Part shown: piece by piece, positions 18,888-29,063 of the stretch
Numbering within the stretch: position 1 is the stretch's first letter
Layout of the letters: every line of letters starts with the position of its first letter
From: a virus
Taxonomy: Duplodnaviria > Heunggongvirae > Uroviricota > Caudoviricetes
Length of the DNA: 64,000 nucleotides
Strand: one strand, 5' to 3'
Virus record (IMG/VR): IMGVR_UViG_3300047548_001872
Notes under the pieces: generated by a model
Told to the model about the DNA's origin: nothing
Database searches by the model: none
What the model saw: the letters and a program-made list of their open reading frames with translations, nothing else
Position numbers and translations under genes: made by a program

Positions 18888-20231
18888 ATGAACTTAATAG
18901 TCTCAAAACAGGAGCTTATAGACATAGGCATTGCTGAAGATAAAATTCAAGAGTTAATTCAGCTAAAAATCAATAATTCAAAAACTGAATGGCAAGATTT
19001 GTTGCCGAAAATCGGAGAAGAAGCGAATGTGTTTTCTTTTTCATTAGAAAGGAAAAAGGTGGATTTTCAAACAGAAGCCGAGTATTCTTTCAATCCTAAA
19101 TACAACATTTCATTTCTTGCTAAAAAGATAGATTTATTTGTCCGAATGACAAATTTTGCTTTTATAAAAAACGATGGATGGGAAGCAGACTGGAATGACG
19201 AAAAGAGTATAAAGCAGGGATTGGTGATTTACAATAATAAGGTTGAATTATGCCCTAATTTTCATAATATTTTTCTCTTTGGTATCACTTTTAAAAATAA
19301 GGAGATTACTAAAGAAGCGTTAGATATATTTGGTGTTGAAATCGAAAATTTGTTTATTAAGTCAACTCTTGAAATAGAATCGAACACATTTATTGATGCC
19401 GTTGAAGAATTTGATTATTTAGGTTTAAATTCTGATTCTATAGAGGATGATGAGAAAATAGTTTTGGCTGACAATATAATTAGAGAGCGTTTCTATCAAT
19501 TTAGATTGATGAATTATTCAAACTCATCGGAAATACAAGATTATTTCTTAAAAAAATGTGATATCGATTTTAAAACTTTGTTGTTTTTTGTTGAAAAGTA
19601 CAACATTTCTCTTAAAAAACCATCCATCAAAAGGAGAAAAAAACCTAATGTTAATGATTTGAAAAACATTTTATTTGAAATCGAAAAAGGCACACATGTT
19701 TTAGACTTGAATAAACTTTATTGTTTTTCAATAACATCAATTATAGGAATCGCCAACGAAAATGGTTATTTTTTAAAAGAGGATGGTTCTTTTTCCAGCT
19801 TTTTAACCGAAAACATTGATTTAGCTAATATTGATAAAATAGTTTTTTTTGATAACAAAAAAATACCACTCTGTCCAAGGGGGTTAGGGTTGGAATATTA
19901 TTATGAAGATGCTATTCTTATTGATAAAATGATTAATTCAAAATATTCTTTAAGTGAAATTTTAGATTTTTTCAATGCTTCTCGAAATGTTATTGTTAGA
20001 ATTTGCAGAGAGCGAAATTTACCTTATTCAGCCCTCCAAGGGACTCATAGAGTTGGCAAAAACAAAAATACCGACGATGATAGCGAACCAAATTTTGATT
20101 CTAAAAATCAACCTAATATTTCGCCTGACAATAATTTAAACTTACCAAGCGACAACCATATTTCAGGTGTGCAACCTGAAAAAAAAGAGTTTGTTTTGCC
20201 TCCGAAAACAAAAAAATGGTGGCAACTTTAA
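18888..20231 (+). CDS. hypothetical protein
   Basis: 447 aa. No recognised motif. Confidence 0.55.
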   Translation: MNLIVSKQELIDIGIAEDKIQELIQLKINNSKTEWQDLLPKIGEEANVFSFSLERKKVDFQTEAEYSFNPKYNISFLAKKIDLFVRMTNFAFIKNDGWEADWNDEKSIKQGLVIYNNKVELCPNFHNIFLFGITFKNKEITKEALDIFGVEIENLFIKSTLEIESNTFIDAVEEFDYLGLNSDSIEDDEKIVLADNIIRERFYQFRLMNYSNSSEIQDYFLKKCDIDFKTLLFFVEKYNISLKKPSIKRRKKPNVNDLKNILFEIEKGTHVLDLNKLYCFSITSIIGIANENGYFLKEDGSFSSFLTENIDLANIDKIVFFDNKKIPLCPRGLGLEYYYEDAILIDKMINSKYSLSEILDFFNASRNVIVRICRERNLPYSALQGTHRVGKNKNTDDDSEPNFDSKNQPNISPDNNLNLPSDNHISGVQPEKKEFVLPPKTKKWWQL

Positions 20232-20298
20232 TCTAATAAGGGACTTAATTGTTTTTGCTTAAAAAAAAGTATATTTTTACAAAAAAATACTTATCGCT

Positions 20299-20937
20299 AT
20301 GAATACTAAAGACTTAGTTTATATAGGCTTAATTTTTGGAGTAAGTTACTTACTATTAAGCAATCAACAAAAAAAGCAATCGAAAAAGAAAGTTGCTGCC
20401 GAAGGGGGTTTTATTAACGGTGGTTTAGACCAGCCTACCACAATGGACTTGCCTAATTTGACCCCAAACCAAGGAATGGCTACCGAAGATTCATTAAATC
20501 AAGCCAACATTACTCCTATTGGAAGTAATGAGCCTGAGCAAATTTTTGGTTTGCCATTACCTTCTGGAATACAACCTTTGACGGGTTCATCACCAGTTGC
20601 CTCAGCATCGCAGCCTCCTGTTTTTAGCGCACCAGTGCCTCCAACGACTACTTCAGCACCAACATTAAGCCCAACGTTGACTGAAGATGTCAAACCAATT
20701 ACAACGAAAACTCAATCAGTCATCAACAACATTTCGCCATGCGGTAATTCTTTTTCGGTCAGACTAAACGATAAAGACAATTCTATTATCAATTATTGGT
20801 ATGATGGGAATTATTATTATCAGCAAACCCAAAGTACTCTTATGCGAAGTGTTCCTGTTAGAATTACCTTCCAGCAATACAATGATGCTTGTCAATCCAA
20901 CATGAATTCTAACACACAAGTTTCATCTAAAAAATAA
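20299..20937 (+). CDS. N-anchored membrane protein, Pro/Thr/Ser-rich
   Basis: Transmembrane (TM) segment LVYIGLIFGVSYLLL. Low-complexity P/T/S region. Confidence 0.5.
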   Translation: MNTKDLVYIGLIFGVSYLLLSNQQKKQSKKKVAAEGGFINGGLDQPTTMDLPNLTPNQGMATEDSLNQANITPIGSNEPEQIFGLPLPSGIQPLTGSSPVASASQPPVFSAPVPPTTTSAPTLSPTLTEDVKPITTKTQSVINNISPCGNSFSVRLNDKDNSIINYWYDGNYYYQQTQSTLMRSVPVRITFQQYNDACQSNMNSNTQVSSKK

Positions 20938-20942
20938 TTGTT

Positions 20943-21200
20943 ATGAAAGCAGAGAACAAGAAATTATTAATTTATGCAGGCAGTGCTATTGCTGTTGGCG
21001 CGGTTGCCTTTTTCGTGTATGAATTTTTCAAAAAACCCAAGCAAATTGATTTGGGAGCGACCAAGATAAAAATAGGAGGTGAAGAAGTTGTGGAAGATGA
21101 GCTTAAAACGCCTTCATCTACCGAGCCACCAAAATTCCAACAATCTTTCCCAGCTTTTAAAGACTGGAATTTCAATGATGCATTGAAACGATTGTTTTAA
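20943..21200 (+). CDS. small membrane protein
   Basis: TM segment LLIYAGSAIAVGAVAFFVY. Confidence 0.45.
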   Translation: MKAENKKLLIYAGSAIAVGAVAFFVYEFFKKPKQIDLGATKIKIGGEEVVEDELKTPSSTEPPKFQQSFPAFKDWNFNDALKRLF

Positions 21201-21206
21201 AAAAAA

Positions 21207-21229
21207 CGTGCTTCGGCACTTTTTTTTAA
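21207..21229 (+). terminator. intrinsic terminator
   Basis: GTGC-ttcg-GCAC followed by T8. Confidence 0.6.
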
Positions 21230-21234
21230 CTTAA

Positions 21235-21272
21235 TTCTATAAATTTGTACTAACAAATATAACATCAGCAAG
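21235..21272 (+). promoter_or_regulatory. conserved phage promoter P4 (variant) plus leader
   Basis: TAAATTTG at 21240-47. Leader GTACTAACAAATAT. The -33 region is overlapped by the terminator. Confidence 0.5.
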
Positions 21273-21275
21273 ACT

Positions 21276-21587
21276 ATGGCATTGAAGAAAAACTTAGGCA
21301 ACGAAATTATCCGATTAAGAGTTGAAGAAAATCGCTCTTATCCCGAAATAAAAAAGATATTGAACTGTTCATTAGGTTCAATTTACTATCACTGCTCAAA
21401 AAACGATTTGAACGATACTGGGAAGAAAAAACATGCGATTCCTGAAGAAATGAAGACTCAAATTCAAGAATTTTGTAAAACCCATACAATAAAACAAGCA
21501 ATGGCGCACTTTAATTTGTGTTATTCAACGATTGCAAAGTTCAAACTTCCAACATTAAACTCTAATGGCAAAAAAACGGAAATATAG
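21276..21587 (+). CDS. hypothetical protein (possible HTH)
   Basis: 103 aa. Confidence 0.45.
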   Translation: MALKKNLGNEIIRLRVEENRSYPEIKKILNCSLGSIYYHCSKNDLNDTGKKKHAIPEEMKTQIQEFCKTHTIKQAMAHFNLCYSTIAKFKLPTLNSNGKKTEI

Positions 21588-22500
21588 TACGTTAAGGCTG
21601 TTCAACGTTTTATCAAAACGTGCCTATAAAATATCGAAAAAGAGAAATTTAGGCTGGACTTGGAGAGATGCTCAAAAGTGGACTTCAGCTAACATTTACC
21701 CTTCTTTTAAAGGGGTAACTCTTGTTTCTCGAATTCGATTAACGGATGTAGACAAACTTGTTGAAACGAGACTCGACACACCCACTGCCGTACTTCCATC
21801 ATTCACTCCTGTCAAAAAGCAAAAAGAAGTTTGCAAAAATCCAAAAGACTATGCATCAGAATTCTTTGAAGACTTTGACTGGTTCGAAATCGTTGAAAGA
21901 CTAAGTATTTTCGACGACAATATGTATATGGCACTGGAGCTTCAAATCAATGGCGCAAATATTGCGAGTACTGGGGAGATTAAAAAGGGTCAAATCCCTA
22001 ATTTAGTTAGCATCAGAGAAGATATTAGAAAAGTAGTGCCTAACTCCCCTATTGCTCAAATAGTGCTAAATATTGTTGTCCGTGAAGGCAAAAAAGATGA
22101 TGACCAACCTTGTTCTTATTATGTTTTAGTTGCATTTGAAGGTTCAGATGCGGTTATGCAAGCAGCTCCTCGATTTGCATCGATGGTGTTTAGAACTAAA
22201 AAGGACATGACTCCTGAAGACCTTGCATTGATTAAAGAAAGGGAAGAGGCTATCATACAAGCCCGTAAGGATATTACAACCAAAAAAGCGGTCAAAGATA
22301 TGCCAAGACCTGATTTGGTTGAGCCAAAGCCTATAGTCCCTAAGACATCAGAGGAGATTAAGTTGGAAAAACTTCAAGCATACAATGAAGCCATTGCCGA
22401 ACTCAAAGAGTTACTTCGGGAGGGGCTTATTACAAAAAAACAGTTTTCAAAAAGATTTGATGATTTAGGCAAAAACCTTAAACAAGGTGGTGTAATCTAA
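21565..22500 (+). CDS. hypothetical protein
   Basis: 311 aa. Confidence 0.5.
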   Translation: MAKKRKYSTLRLFNVLSKRAYKISKKRNLGWTWRDAQKWTSANIYPSFKGVTLVSRIRLTDVDKLVETRLDTPTAVLPSFTPVKKQKEVCKNPKDYASEFFEDFDWFEIVERLSIFDDNMYMALELQINGANIASTGEIKKGQIPNLVSIREDIRKVVPNSPIAQIVLNIVVREGKKDDDQPCSYYVLVAFEGSDAVMQAAPRFASMVFRTKKDMTPEDLALIKEREEAIIQARKDITTKKAVKDMPRPDLVEPKPIVPKTSEEIKLEKLQAYNEAIAELKELLREGLITKKQFSKRFDDLGKNLKQGGVI

Positions 22501-22516
22501 TTTTGGCAAAAACACA

Positions 22517-23257
22517 ATGGAATTAGACAATCTTAAACGAAATTACAAGCGATGTTCAATGGATAAAATGTTGAACTTGCTTAAAGGTTCTGCCGAGCGT
22601 TATATGGTCAGAGAAGGTTCGGAGTGTAACGAACTGATTTTTGATGGGAATCATAATGTATATGCATCCCCTAACAAGAATTTCCCGAATGACAAAATAT
22701 GCTTATTCAGAATGGTTTCGACCAATGTGAAAAAGTATTTGGCATCCGAGCCTTTTATTCTGTTACCTCCTAAAAAGGATGTCAGCTATTTTAACTTCAA
22801 CTACGACCATAAGCGTGGAGTTCTTACTGGTACAGACCTTGACCATGCATATTGGAGAATTGCTTATGCTAAAGGCTACATTACCAAGAAAACCTACAAC
22901 TTTGGATTGGATGAAAGATGTAAACCATTACGCCTTGCAACTTTGTCTGTCTTGGGGAGAGAAAAGGTTTACGATTTGTATGAAGGAGACAGGCTTATCG
23001 AAAAGGTTGTACGTGTTCCTAAAGATGAGCAGATGAGAATGGTTTATCATGATATCCGATACTCTTGCTTTTATATGATGTATGAGCTTTCTGAAATGTT
23101 AGGAGATGACTTTGATTGCTGGAAAACTGACTGCATTTATTACCGTGATACACCAGCCAATAGAAAGATGGTTCAGAACTATTTTGAGGAGCGTGAAATG
23201 CTATATAAACAACTTATTTTTGACCAATCTAAGGTTGCTCCAGAACAAGTGTATTAG
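22517..23257 (+). CDS. hypothetical protein
   Basis: 246 aa. Confidence 0.5.
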   Translation: MELDNLKRNYKRCSMDKMLNLLKGSAERYMVREGSECNELIFDGNHNVYASPNKNFPNDKICLFRMVSTNVKKYLASEPFILLPPKKDVSYFNFNYDHKRGVLTGTDLDHAYWRIAYAKGYITKKTYNFGLDERCKPLRLATLSVLGREKVYDLYEGDRLIEKVVRVPKDEQMRMVYHDIRYSCFYMMYELSEMLGDDFDCWKTDCIYYRDTPANRKMVQNYFEEREMLYKQLIFDQSKVAPEQVY

Positions 23258-23336
23258 AATTAAAAATTATTATTTTTAATATTTTTTTTGTTTATAATTA
23301 TTTTTATTATTTTTGATGTAAATTAATAATAATAAA

Positions 23337-23630
23337 ATGAACTTATCTACAACACCTTTTACAAAAGAAGAGGTTAAAAAACCTCTAAAATTAGTGACAT
23401 TCAAGGAGTTAGGTCTTAATATAAACTTCCTAAATGACGCTGATTTACAGCAAAAAAATCCTTCTGGAAACAATTACAAGTTTGGTGTAATTATCGGAAA
23501 TCAATATTTTTGGTACTTCAACGGAAAGTCTGTCGCCAAAAGCAGAGAAAAAATGAGGGAGATTTGGAGTGCGCTTTTAGACTATCATTCTACTTCTGAC
23601 CAAACCCCATTTGTGTTTAAATCTAAATAG
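23337..23630 (+). CDS. hypothetical protein
   Basis: 97 aa. Confidence 0.45.
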   Translation: MNLSTTPFTKEEVKKPLKLVTFKELGLNINFLNDADLQQKNPSGNNYKFGVIIGNQYFWYFNGKSVAKSREKMREIWSALLDYHSTSDQTPFVFKSK

Positions 23631-23636
23631 CCTTAC

Positions 23637-24074
23637 ATGGATTTCAATCAGGATTTTTTAGACAGTAGTTTTAATAAGGTTAGTGCCTTTTTAAACTCTT
23701 TAGCGATTAGCAACGACACAGCCGAGTTTGCCGATGAATGTGTGAAAATATTGAATGATTCCGCAGCAATGGCTTATGTGCATAACATAGCTTCTTTTCA
23801 CGGCACTTGCAAGATTAATCCCTTCGAAGGCTCTAAGTATGTTAAGTTGTACGAAGATATTCATATGGCAATGTGTGTTCAATATTCCGTTTTTAAGGAA
23901 GATGATGGATTATCTAAATTAAGCCCTGAGTTTAGAAGTATTTTTTCGGGCAGAAGTGACCGAGAGTTGTTTGAGAGTAGCCTTTTAAAAAACATGACCA
24001 CTCAGATGGTTGCTACTTTTATGCATTATGAGCAATTGCCTGAAAAGTATCCTAACGTAATTTCAAAAATTTAG
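23637..24074 (+). CDS. hypothetical protein
   Basis: 145 aa. Confidence 0.45.
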   Translation: MDFNQDFLDSSFNKVSAFLNSLAISNDTAEFADECVKILNDSAAMAYVHNIASFHGTCKINPFEGSKYVKLYEDIHMAMCVQYSVFKEDDGLSKLSPEFRSIFSGRSDRELFESSLLKNMTTQMVATFMHYEQLPEKYPNVISKI

Positions 24075-24075
24075 C

Positions 24076-24399
24076 ATGAAACCAGAAGAATTCAAAGCCC
24101 TCAAGACTGTACGGCTAAAGGTAAAATACTTGTTGGAAAAAGTTCCATACACAAGGGAAAACGACATGAAATTGTTAGGGACGTACTATTTGTATGAAAT
24201 TGGCAAAGAAGAGGTAAATAAAATGAGTGGAATTGAGTTATTGACTTTAATTTCCACAAATAAATTGCCTCACTTCGAGACTATCCGTAAAGAAAGGCAA
24301 CGTGTTCAAAAAGCGTTTCCTGAACTAAAAACCGAAGAATATGGGAAAAGACGAAAGGTGGAGCAAGTTTACTTCAGGGTAAAGATGCGAGAAAAGTAG
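24076..24399 (+). CDS. hypothetical protein
   Basis: 107 aa. Confidence 0.45.
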   Translation: MKPEEFKALKTVRLKVKYLLEKVPYTRENDMKLLGTYYLYEIGKEEVNKMSGIELLTLISTNKLPHFETIRKERQRVQKAFPELKTEEYGKRRKVEQVYFRVKMREK

Positions 24400-24567
24400 T
24401 GAAAAAGTAAAGAGGGGCAACAACTCCCCTCTTCCCAAGAAACTCATCAACAACAACAACACTATGGATAATGATGTTATCGGAACGAATTTACGGATAA
24501 AGGTTTTGCAATCTCTTGAATTACAAAAGAATATTGTAAAATTATTAAAAGCCTAAGATTTTGATTT

Positions 24568-24867
24568 ATGAGTCAAATTCGATTCTATAAATATTACTTC
24601 ATTAATCTTGAAAAGCCCATTATTATGGAAGCTGAAAGTAGAGAGGTCGCCAACGATATGTTGCGCCAACTTTCTATAAATTCGAGGGTTAAAATCGACT
24701 TAAATAGAATTATTGATGTTCGGGTAGAGACTCCATTGTTAGGCATTTCCGAGAAGAAAAGGCAAGGAAAAGAATTAGTTTGGGTTGGAAAGGATTATAC
24801 TTCAGATGGGTGGATGGATAAAATAGAGTACGAAAAATTTGAGAAAATGAAAAAAAACAACTCTTAA
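24568..24867 (+). CDS. hypothetical protein
   Basis: 99 aa. Confidence 0.45.
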   Translation: MSQIRFYKYYFINLEKPIIMEAESREVANDMLRQLSINSRVKIDLNRIIDVRVETPLLGISEKKRQGKELVWVGKDYTSDGWMDKIEYEKFEKMKKNNS

Positions 24868-24870
24868 CCA

Positions 24871-25239
24871 ATGACCACGGAACAAAAAGAATTCATCAGA
24901 TTAGCCGAGCATTTTATAAAAAAAACAGGTTTAGATGTGAGGCAAAACACAAGGAAGAGAGAAATAGTAGAGTTAAAAGCAGCTTTTTGCTTCATCATTA
25001 GAAAAAGATTTAGAAGAAGAGTAACTTTGACCAAAATGGGGCAATTTTTGAGTAGAAATCACGCAAGCGTAGTCTATCTACAAAAAAACTATGAACAAGT
25101 AATTTGCAGGTATAATGCAGAGTTGTCTAAAATTGTGGAGGACGTTTTAAATAACGAAAATTTTTTTAATGATGATAACATACGACAAACCTATAGAAGT
25201 GTCGGAAACCCAAGCCAAAGCAATAATGCAGCTATTTAA
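24871..25239 (+). CDS. DnaA C-terminal (domain IV)-like DNA-binding protein
   Basis: REIVELKAAFCFIIRKRFRRRVTLTKMGQFLSRNHASVVY parallels DnaA domain IV (R.I...R......L....SL..IG..F..RDHTTV). Confidence 0.5.
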   Translation: MTTEQKEFIRLAEHFIKKTGLDVRQNTRKREIVELKAAFCFIIRKRFRRRVTLTKMGQFLSRNHASVVYLQKNYEQVICRYNAELSKIVEDVLNNENFFNDDNIRQTYRSVGNPSQSNNAAI

Positions 25240-25338
25240 GGGCTTTGTCGCTCATAGGGTTTCAGATAACAAGCATTACATAAAAGTCTGGATAATGACT
25301 GTAGCAAAGGATGTTGAAAAAATAATCCAATTCAATCC

Positions 25339-26127
25339 ATGATACCGATTTCACAATCTTTTTTAAAAGCGTTTAATGATATGCGCTTAGGCAATGAATG
25401 TGGATTGGTGGTCAAGGCTAAATACGTTGATAAAACTTTACAAGGTGTTCCTTCAGAGGTAATGGAGTTAGGTCATTTCTTTGAATTTATGGCTACGGGA
25501 AGTTTACCTCGTGATGGTAGAATTCCGCAAGCAAAATTAATCAATCAGGGGAAGCCAAATCAACGCCTATCCGAAGACTACCAAAGAGCAATGGATTCAG
25601 CCATGTATTTCAAGGAGGTAATTCAGTATTACGGCATAAATATCGTAGAAACGGGCAAGGTAATTACTCAGCAGGGCATGACTGGTATTTTGGATATTTT
25701 AGCGAATTGGAACAATCGAGTTTCAATTATTGACACAAAATACAGTGGATTACTCGAAGACCGATGGAACGATATGGGTTGGCACATTGATTCACTCCCA
25801 GATAAACACAAACTCATGATTCAAGGAGTTCACTACAAGATTTTGATGTCTTTAGAGTTAGGTTGCGATATCAACGATGTTGATTTTTACTTTTTTGTGT
25901 TTGATTCTAAAAGCCCAAGAAACGCCAAAATAATTAAACAAGAGGTCGATGAATTAACTTTGCAACAGCACTTGAAGGTTGTCGAGTTTGTAAAGAAGGA
26001 GCTTGAGAAGCCTCACGAAATAGTTTTCAAGGCAAGACCATCGTTAAAATTATGCAATGACTGCTTGCTCAGAAATAATTGCGATTTCAAGGTGGAATTT
26101 CCTCCAATAGAACACGTTTTATATTAA
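25339..26127 (+). CDS. PD-(D/E)xK nuclease, Cas4/RecB-like exonuclease with Cys cluster
   Basis: GILDIL...VSIIDTKYSG (D...D/E-x-K) plus N-terminal Cys and C-terminal CNDCLLRNNC. Confidence 0.5.
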   Translation: MIPISQSFLKAFNDMRLGNECGLVVKAKYVDKTLQGVPSEVMELGHFFEFMATGSLPRDGRIPQAKLINQGKPNQRLSEDYQRAMDSAMYFKEVIQYYGINIVETGKVITQQGMTGILDILANWNNRVSIIDTKYSGLLEDRWNDMGWHIDSLPDKHKLMIQGVHYKILMSLELGCDINDVDFYFFVFDSKSPRNAKIIKQEVDELTLQQHLKVVEFVKKELEKPHEIVFKARPSLKLCNDCLLRNNCDFKVEFPPIEHVLY

Positions 26128-26256
26128 ACCTACAGCTATGAATGATTTTGAAAAAGAACTGGCTAAAACGTACCTAAAACTGCTTTTAAAAGCCGTGCTA
26201 AAAATAGTGGTTTTAGTTCTTTGCATTAAGGTGTTGCTAACATTTATTGTGAAAGT

Positions 26257-26493
26257 ATGTCAGAGCTAAAGGACTTTATACAGCAGCAAATTTCAATTAC
26301 TTCCTCGGAAATAGTTGAGCTAACAAAACTCAAAAATAATTACGTGAAGTTTGCTTATTCCGAAACTTTGAATGGTCGCATGAGAAAAATTGATTTTGAA
26401 CACTTGATAAATGAGGTTCAAAATATTGCTTTGCAAATTGCAAAACTTGAAGAAATATTATCAGATTACAACAAACACTTTAATGTATTTTAA
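26257..26493 (+). CDS. hypothetical protein
   Basis: 78 aa. Confidence 0.4.
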   Translation: MSELKDFIQQQISITSSEIVELTKLKNNYVKFAYSETLNGRMRKIDFEHLINEVQNIALQIAKLEEILSDYNKHFNVF

Positions 26494-26494
26494 C

Positions 26495-27295
26495 ATGTCA
26501 AACTTGCCTGCAACATTAACAAACAACTTCAATGAGGGTATTCAAAAATATGAATCCACAAGTCTAACCGAATTATTGTCTGGAAGTGGGGTAACTCCTC
26601 AAAAATTCAAGCATGTATTGCATCAGGAATTAGAAAGGTCTTTACAACTCCAAGAGGCATTTTCCTTAAACCCAGCTTCTTTTTTCGCTACGGCTTTATA
26701 TTGTGCTGAACTAAATTTATCACCCTCCAGTTTGGTCGGTGAATTCTTTTTCAACGTTTCCCATAATAGGATATCTCCTATTTTGGGCTATAAAGGATTA
26801 GTAACTCTTCTGTCAAGGAATAGTCAAGTGAAAAAAATATGGTCGGAAGTCGTTTATGAAGATGATGACTTTGAGTATGAGTTAGGTCTTGAGCCTAAGT
26901 TAATGCATATACCTAATCATAATGCTTCAAGAAAAAGTAAAGACATCAAGTATATTTATGCTTGCGCCAAACTTAATGATGAGGTTTCTTTCAAGGTTAT
27001 GTCGCTCCGAGAGATTAAAAGCATTATCGATATTATTGAATTGCCAAGCGAACTCTATTTTAATGATACCCTTGACCCAGAAAAATGGATGCTAAAAAAG
27101 GTTGTCTTAAAGCAATTATCAAAACTTCTGCCTAAAGAGGATGACCGATTGAAAAAAGCCATTTCTTATGATGATAAAATCGAAGGAGGTGCTTATTTGG
27201 TTTTAGACGAAAATGATTCAGTAAAAGTTGTTCAAGGAACAATCGTGAATAAAAAAGGGGGAATCTACCAAAGTATTTTAGGTGGCAAAGATTAA
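26495..27295 (+). CDS. RecT-like single-strand annealing protein
   Basis: Start at MSNLPAT (26495). LGYKGLVTLLSRNSQVKKIWSEVVYEDDDFEY resembles the RecT core (gY.Gl..la.rsg....i...VyegDeF). Confidence 0.55.
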   Translation: MSNLPATLTNNFNEGIQKYESTSLTELLSGSGVTPQKFKHVLHQELERSLQLQEAFSLNPASFFATALYCAELNLSPSSLVGEFFFNVSHNRISPILGYKGLVTLLSRNSQVKKIWSEVVYEDDDFEYELGLEPKLMHIPNHNASRKSKDIKYIYACAKLNDEVSFKVMSLREIKSIIDIIELPSELYFNDTLDPEKWMLKKVVLKQLSKLLPKEDDRLKKAISYDDKIEGGAYLVLDENDSVKVVQGTIVNKKGGIYQSILGGKD

Positions 27296-27411
27296 TTTTT
27301 ATATCTTTGAATCCCTTGACTTACTGATTGTGTTTCTGCAAATGCTTTCGGCAAAAAAAAAGAGGAAACTTATTTTTAGTTCTTTTTCATTGAAGAGTTT
27401 AAATTTTGGAG

Positions 27412-27445
27412 TAAACCCCCGTGCATCGCATAGGGGTTTTTTCTT
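27412..27445. terminator. bidirectional terminator at the +/- module boundary
   Basis: AAACCCCC-gtgcatcgcata-GGGGTTTTTT. Confidence 0.6.
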
Positions 27446-27852
27446 TAGAATAAGTCAATTTTATTGAACACGTATTGGTTTGACGAAATGTAAATAACGT
27501 TTCCAGAAGCCCTAAAAGTTCCTAAGCCAAAAGAATTCAAATTATCAAGAACATCTTGAATGTTATCAACCTTCTTGCCAAGAACCTGATATAGTGATGG
27601 AAATCCAACCACACCTAACGCAGTGTTGAAAACAGCCACATAATTTTCCCCTGACAAATCCCATTGATATAAAACAGTCGGGGTAGTTGCGTTAGGGTCT
27701 TGATTCCCTCCTAATATACTGACGGGTTGAGTAAAAGCTGTGTTATTGACAACTTGTAAGTTGATAGTGTCGTCTATTGGAGTTATTCTTTGTTCCATAG
27801 TGTGGTTATTTTTTTCTCTTGTAAAAATAATAAAATAATAATCCAACGACAA
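27445..27852 (-). CDS. hypothetical protein
   Basis: 135 aa. The start is possibly at an internal Met. Confidence 0.45.
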   Translation of the reverse strand: MSLDYYFIIFTREKNNHTMEQRITPIDDTINLQVVNNTAFTQPVSILGGNQDPNATTPTVLYQWDLSGENYVAVFNTALGVVGFPSLYQVLGKKVDNIQDVLDNLNSFGLGTFRASGNVIYISSNQYVFNKIDLF

Positions 27853-28264
27853 AAACGCTTGTAAATCTAATCACTTGCGGACTAAGGTAGTTTTTGTCTT
27901 TAACAAAGTTCACAAAATGCTCACAATTGTAGTTGAAGAAGTCGTATTTGAAGGGTTTTAGACTATTGTAAATTTCCTTTATTTGGTTCAAGTCAATATT
28001 AGTACTTTCAATAGACAAAATCTCTTTGCCTTTAATCCAATCTTGCAAAGGCTCTCTTACCGTGTTACCACCTTTCGAATTAGTTTTGTCAGGGTGATTA
28101 TGAATAATATACAAACCATCGTTAGATTTTTCTATCAAACCATAATGGAAAACGAAGGGATGATAGTCGGATTTTACCTTAATCAAATCTCCATTTTTCA
28201 GATTTTCTATTTTTCTAATTTTAGACTTGTGCTTTAAAAATTCTATGGTCGAATTATATTTCAT
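27806..28264 (-). CDS. LRAT/NlpC-P60-superfamily (H-RAS-like suppressor type) protein
   Basis: His ...IIHNHPD... and the NCEHFV Cys motif characteristic of LRAT-like acyltransferases/phospholipases. Confidence 0.5.
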   Translation of the reverse strand: MKYNSTIEFLKHKSKIRKIENLKNGDLIKVKSDYHPFVFHYGLIEKSNDGLYIIHNHPDKTNSKGGNTVREPLQDWIKGKEILSIESTNIDLNQIKEIYNSLKPFKYDFFNYNCEHFVNFVKDKNYLSPQVIRFTSVFVVGLLFYYFYKRKK

Positions 28265-28715
28265 CTACAAATCCTCCAAAAAAATCATATTGTTGTCTAT
28301 AAAAGTACTCTTGGAATAGGCTTGGCTCTTTTAAGTAGAATGCATTTGCAATTTCTTTTACGTAAAAAACAAAATTGATGCTGCTGTTTGCCAATATATC
28401 AAAACTTAGACTTGCATTTCCATTTAGCACAACTTCTTTAATTGGCTTTAAAAACAAGGAGTTTTGATACTGATATGGGTCAATAGTGGGTATGTCGACT
28501 ATTAGTCGAATATTACCATTCACGCTATACTCTTTTACTTTGATTGGCTGTAATACTTGGGAAGGGTTGTTTGAAACTAAATAGACCTCCACAACTTTGT
28601 ACAAAACACTACCCATAGAGGTCTGAATCTCGCTATAGGGAGTTCCATCCATACTGGTTACGGATACAACTCCATTAGGGAAATTCGTTATTGTAGGGTT
28701 ATAAGTGCCTGCCAT
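28254..28715 (-). CDS. hypothetical protein
   Basis: 153 aa. Confidence 0.45.
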   Translation of the reverse strand: MAGTYNPTITNFPNGVVSVTSMDGTPYSEIQTSMGSVLYKVVEVYLVSNNPSQVLQPIKVKEYSVNGNIRLIVDIPTIDPYQYQNSLFLKPIKEVVLNGNASLSFDILANSSINFVFYVKEIANAFYLKEPSLFQEYFYRQQYDFFGGFVDEI

Positions 28716-28727
28716 TTTGCAAATCTA

Positions 28728-29063
28728 TTATTCTTCTTCAGCAATTAATTTTCCGCTTTTGTCCAAAGCTCTTAATTTCTTGGTATTCTTGTTAATCATG
28801 ACTTTTAAGCCATATTCTTTAAGAATCATGTCTTTCAGCTTGTTTAAGGCATCGGGCTTTTCTTTATTGTTAATGGCATCTCTCATCGCCTGCAATGCAA
28901 CGAATGAATCCTCTCTTTGTTTTTGCAAAGTAGAATCAGCCTCTTTTGGAGAAGCGTACTTTTCCGTAGGCTGTTTTTCAGTTGGTTTTTTCGGTCTTGT
29001 TACCAATAAAATTACGATTCCTAAGCCTAATGCCAACAAGAATGTTTTTGTTTCTTTATCCAT
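28728..29063 (-). CDS. N-anchored membrane protein
   Basis: TM segment FLLALGLGIVILLVT. Confidence 0.45.
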   Translation of the reverse strand: MDKETKTFLLALGLGIVILLVTRPKKPTEKQPTEKYASPKEADSTLQKQREDSFVALQAMRDAINNKEKPDALNKLKDMILKEYGLKVMINKNTKKLRALDKSGKLIAEEE

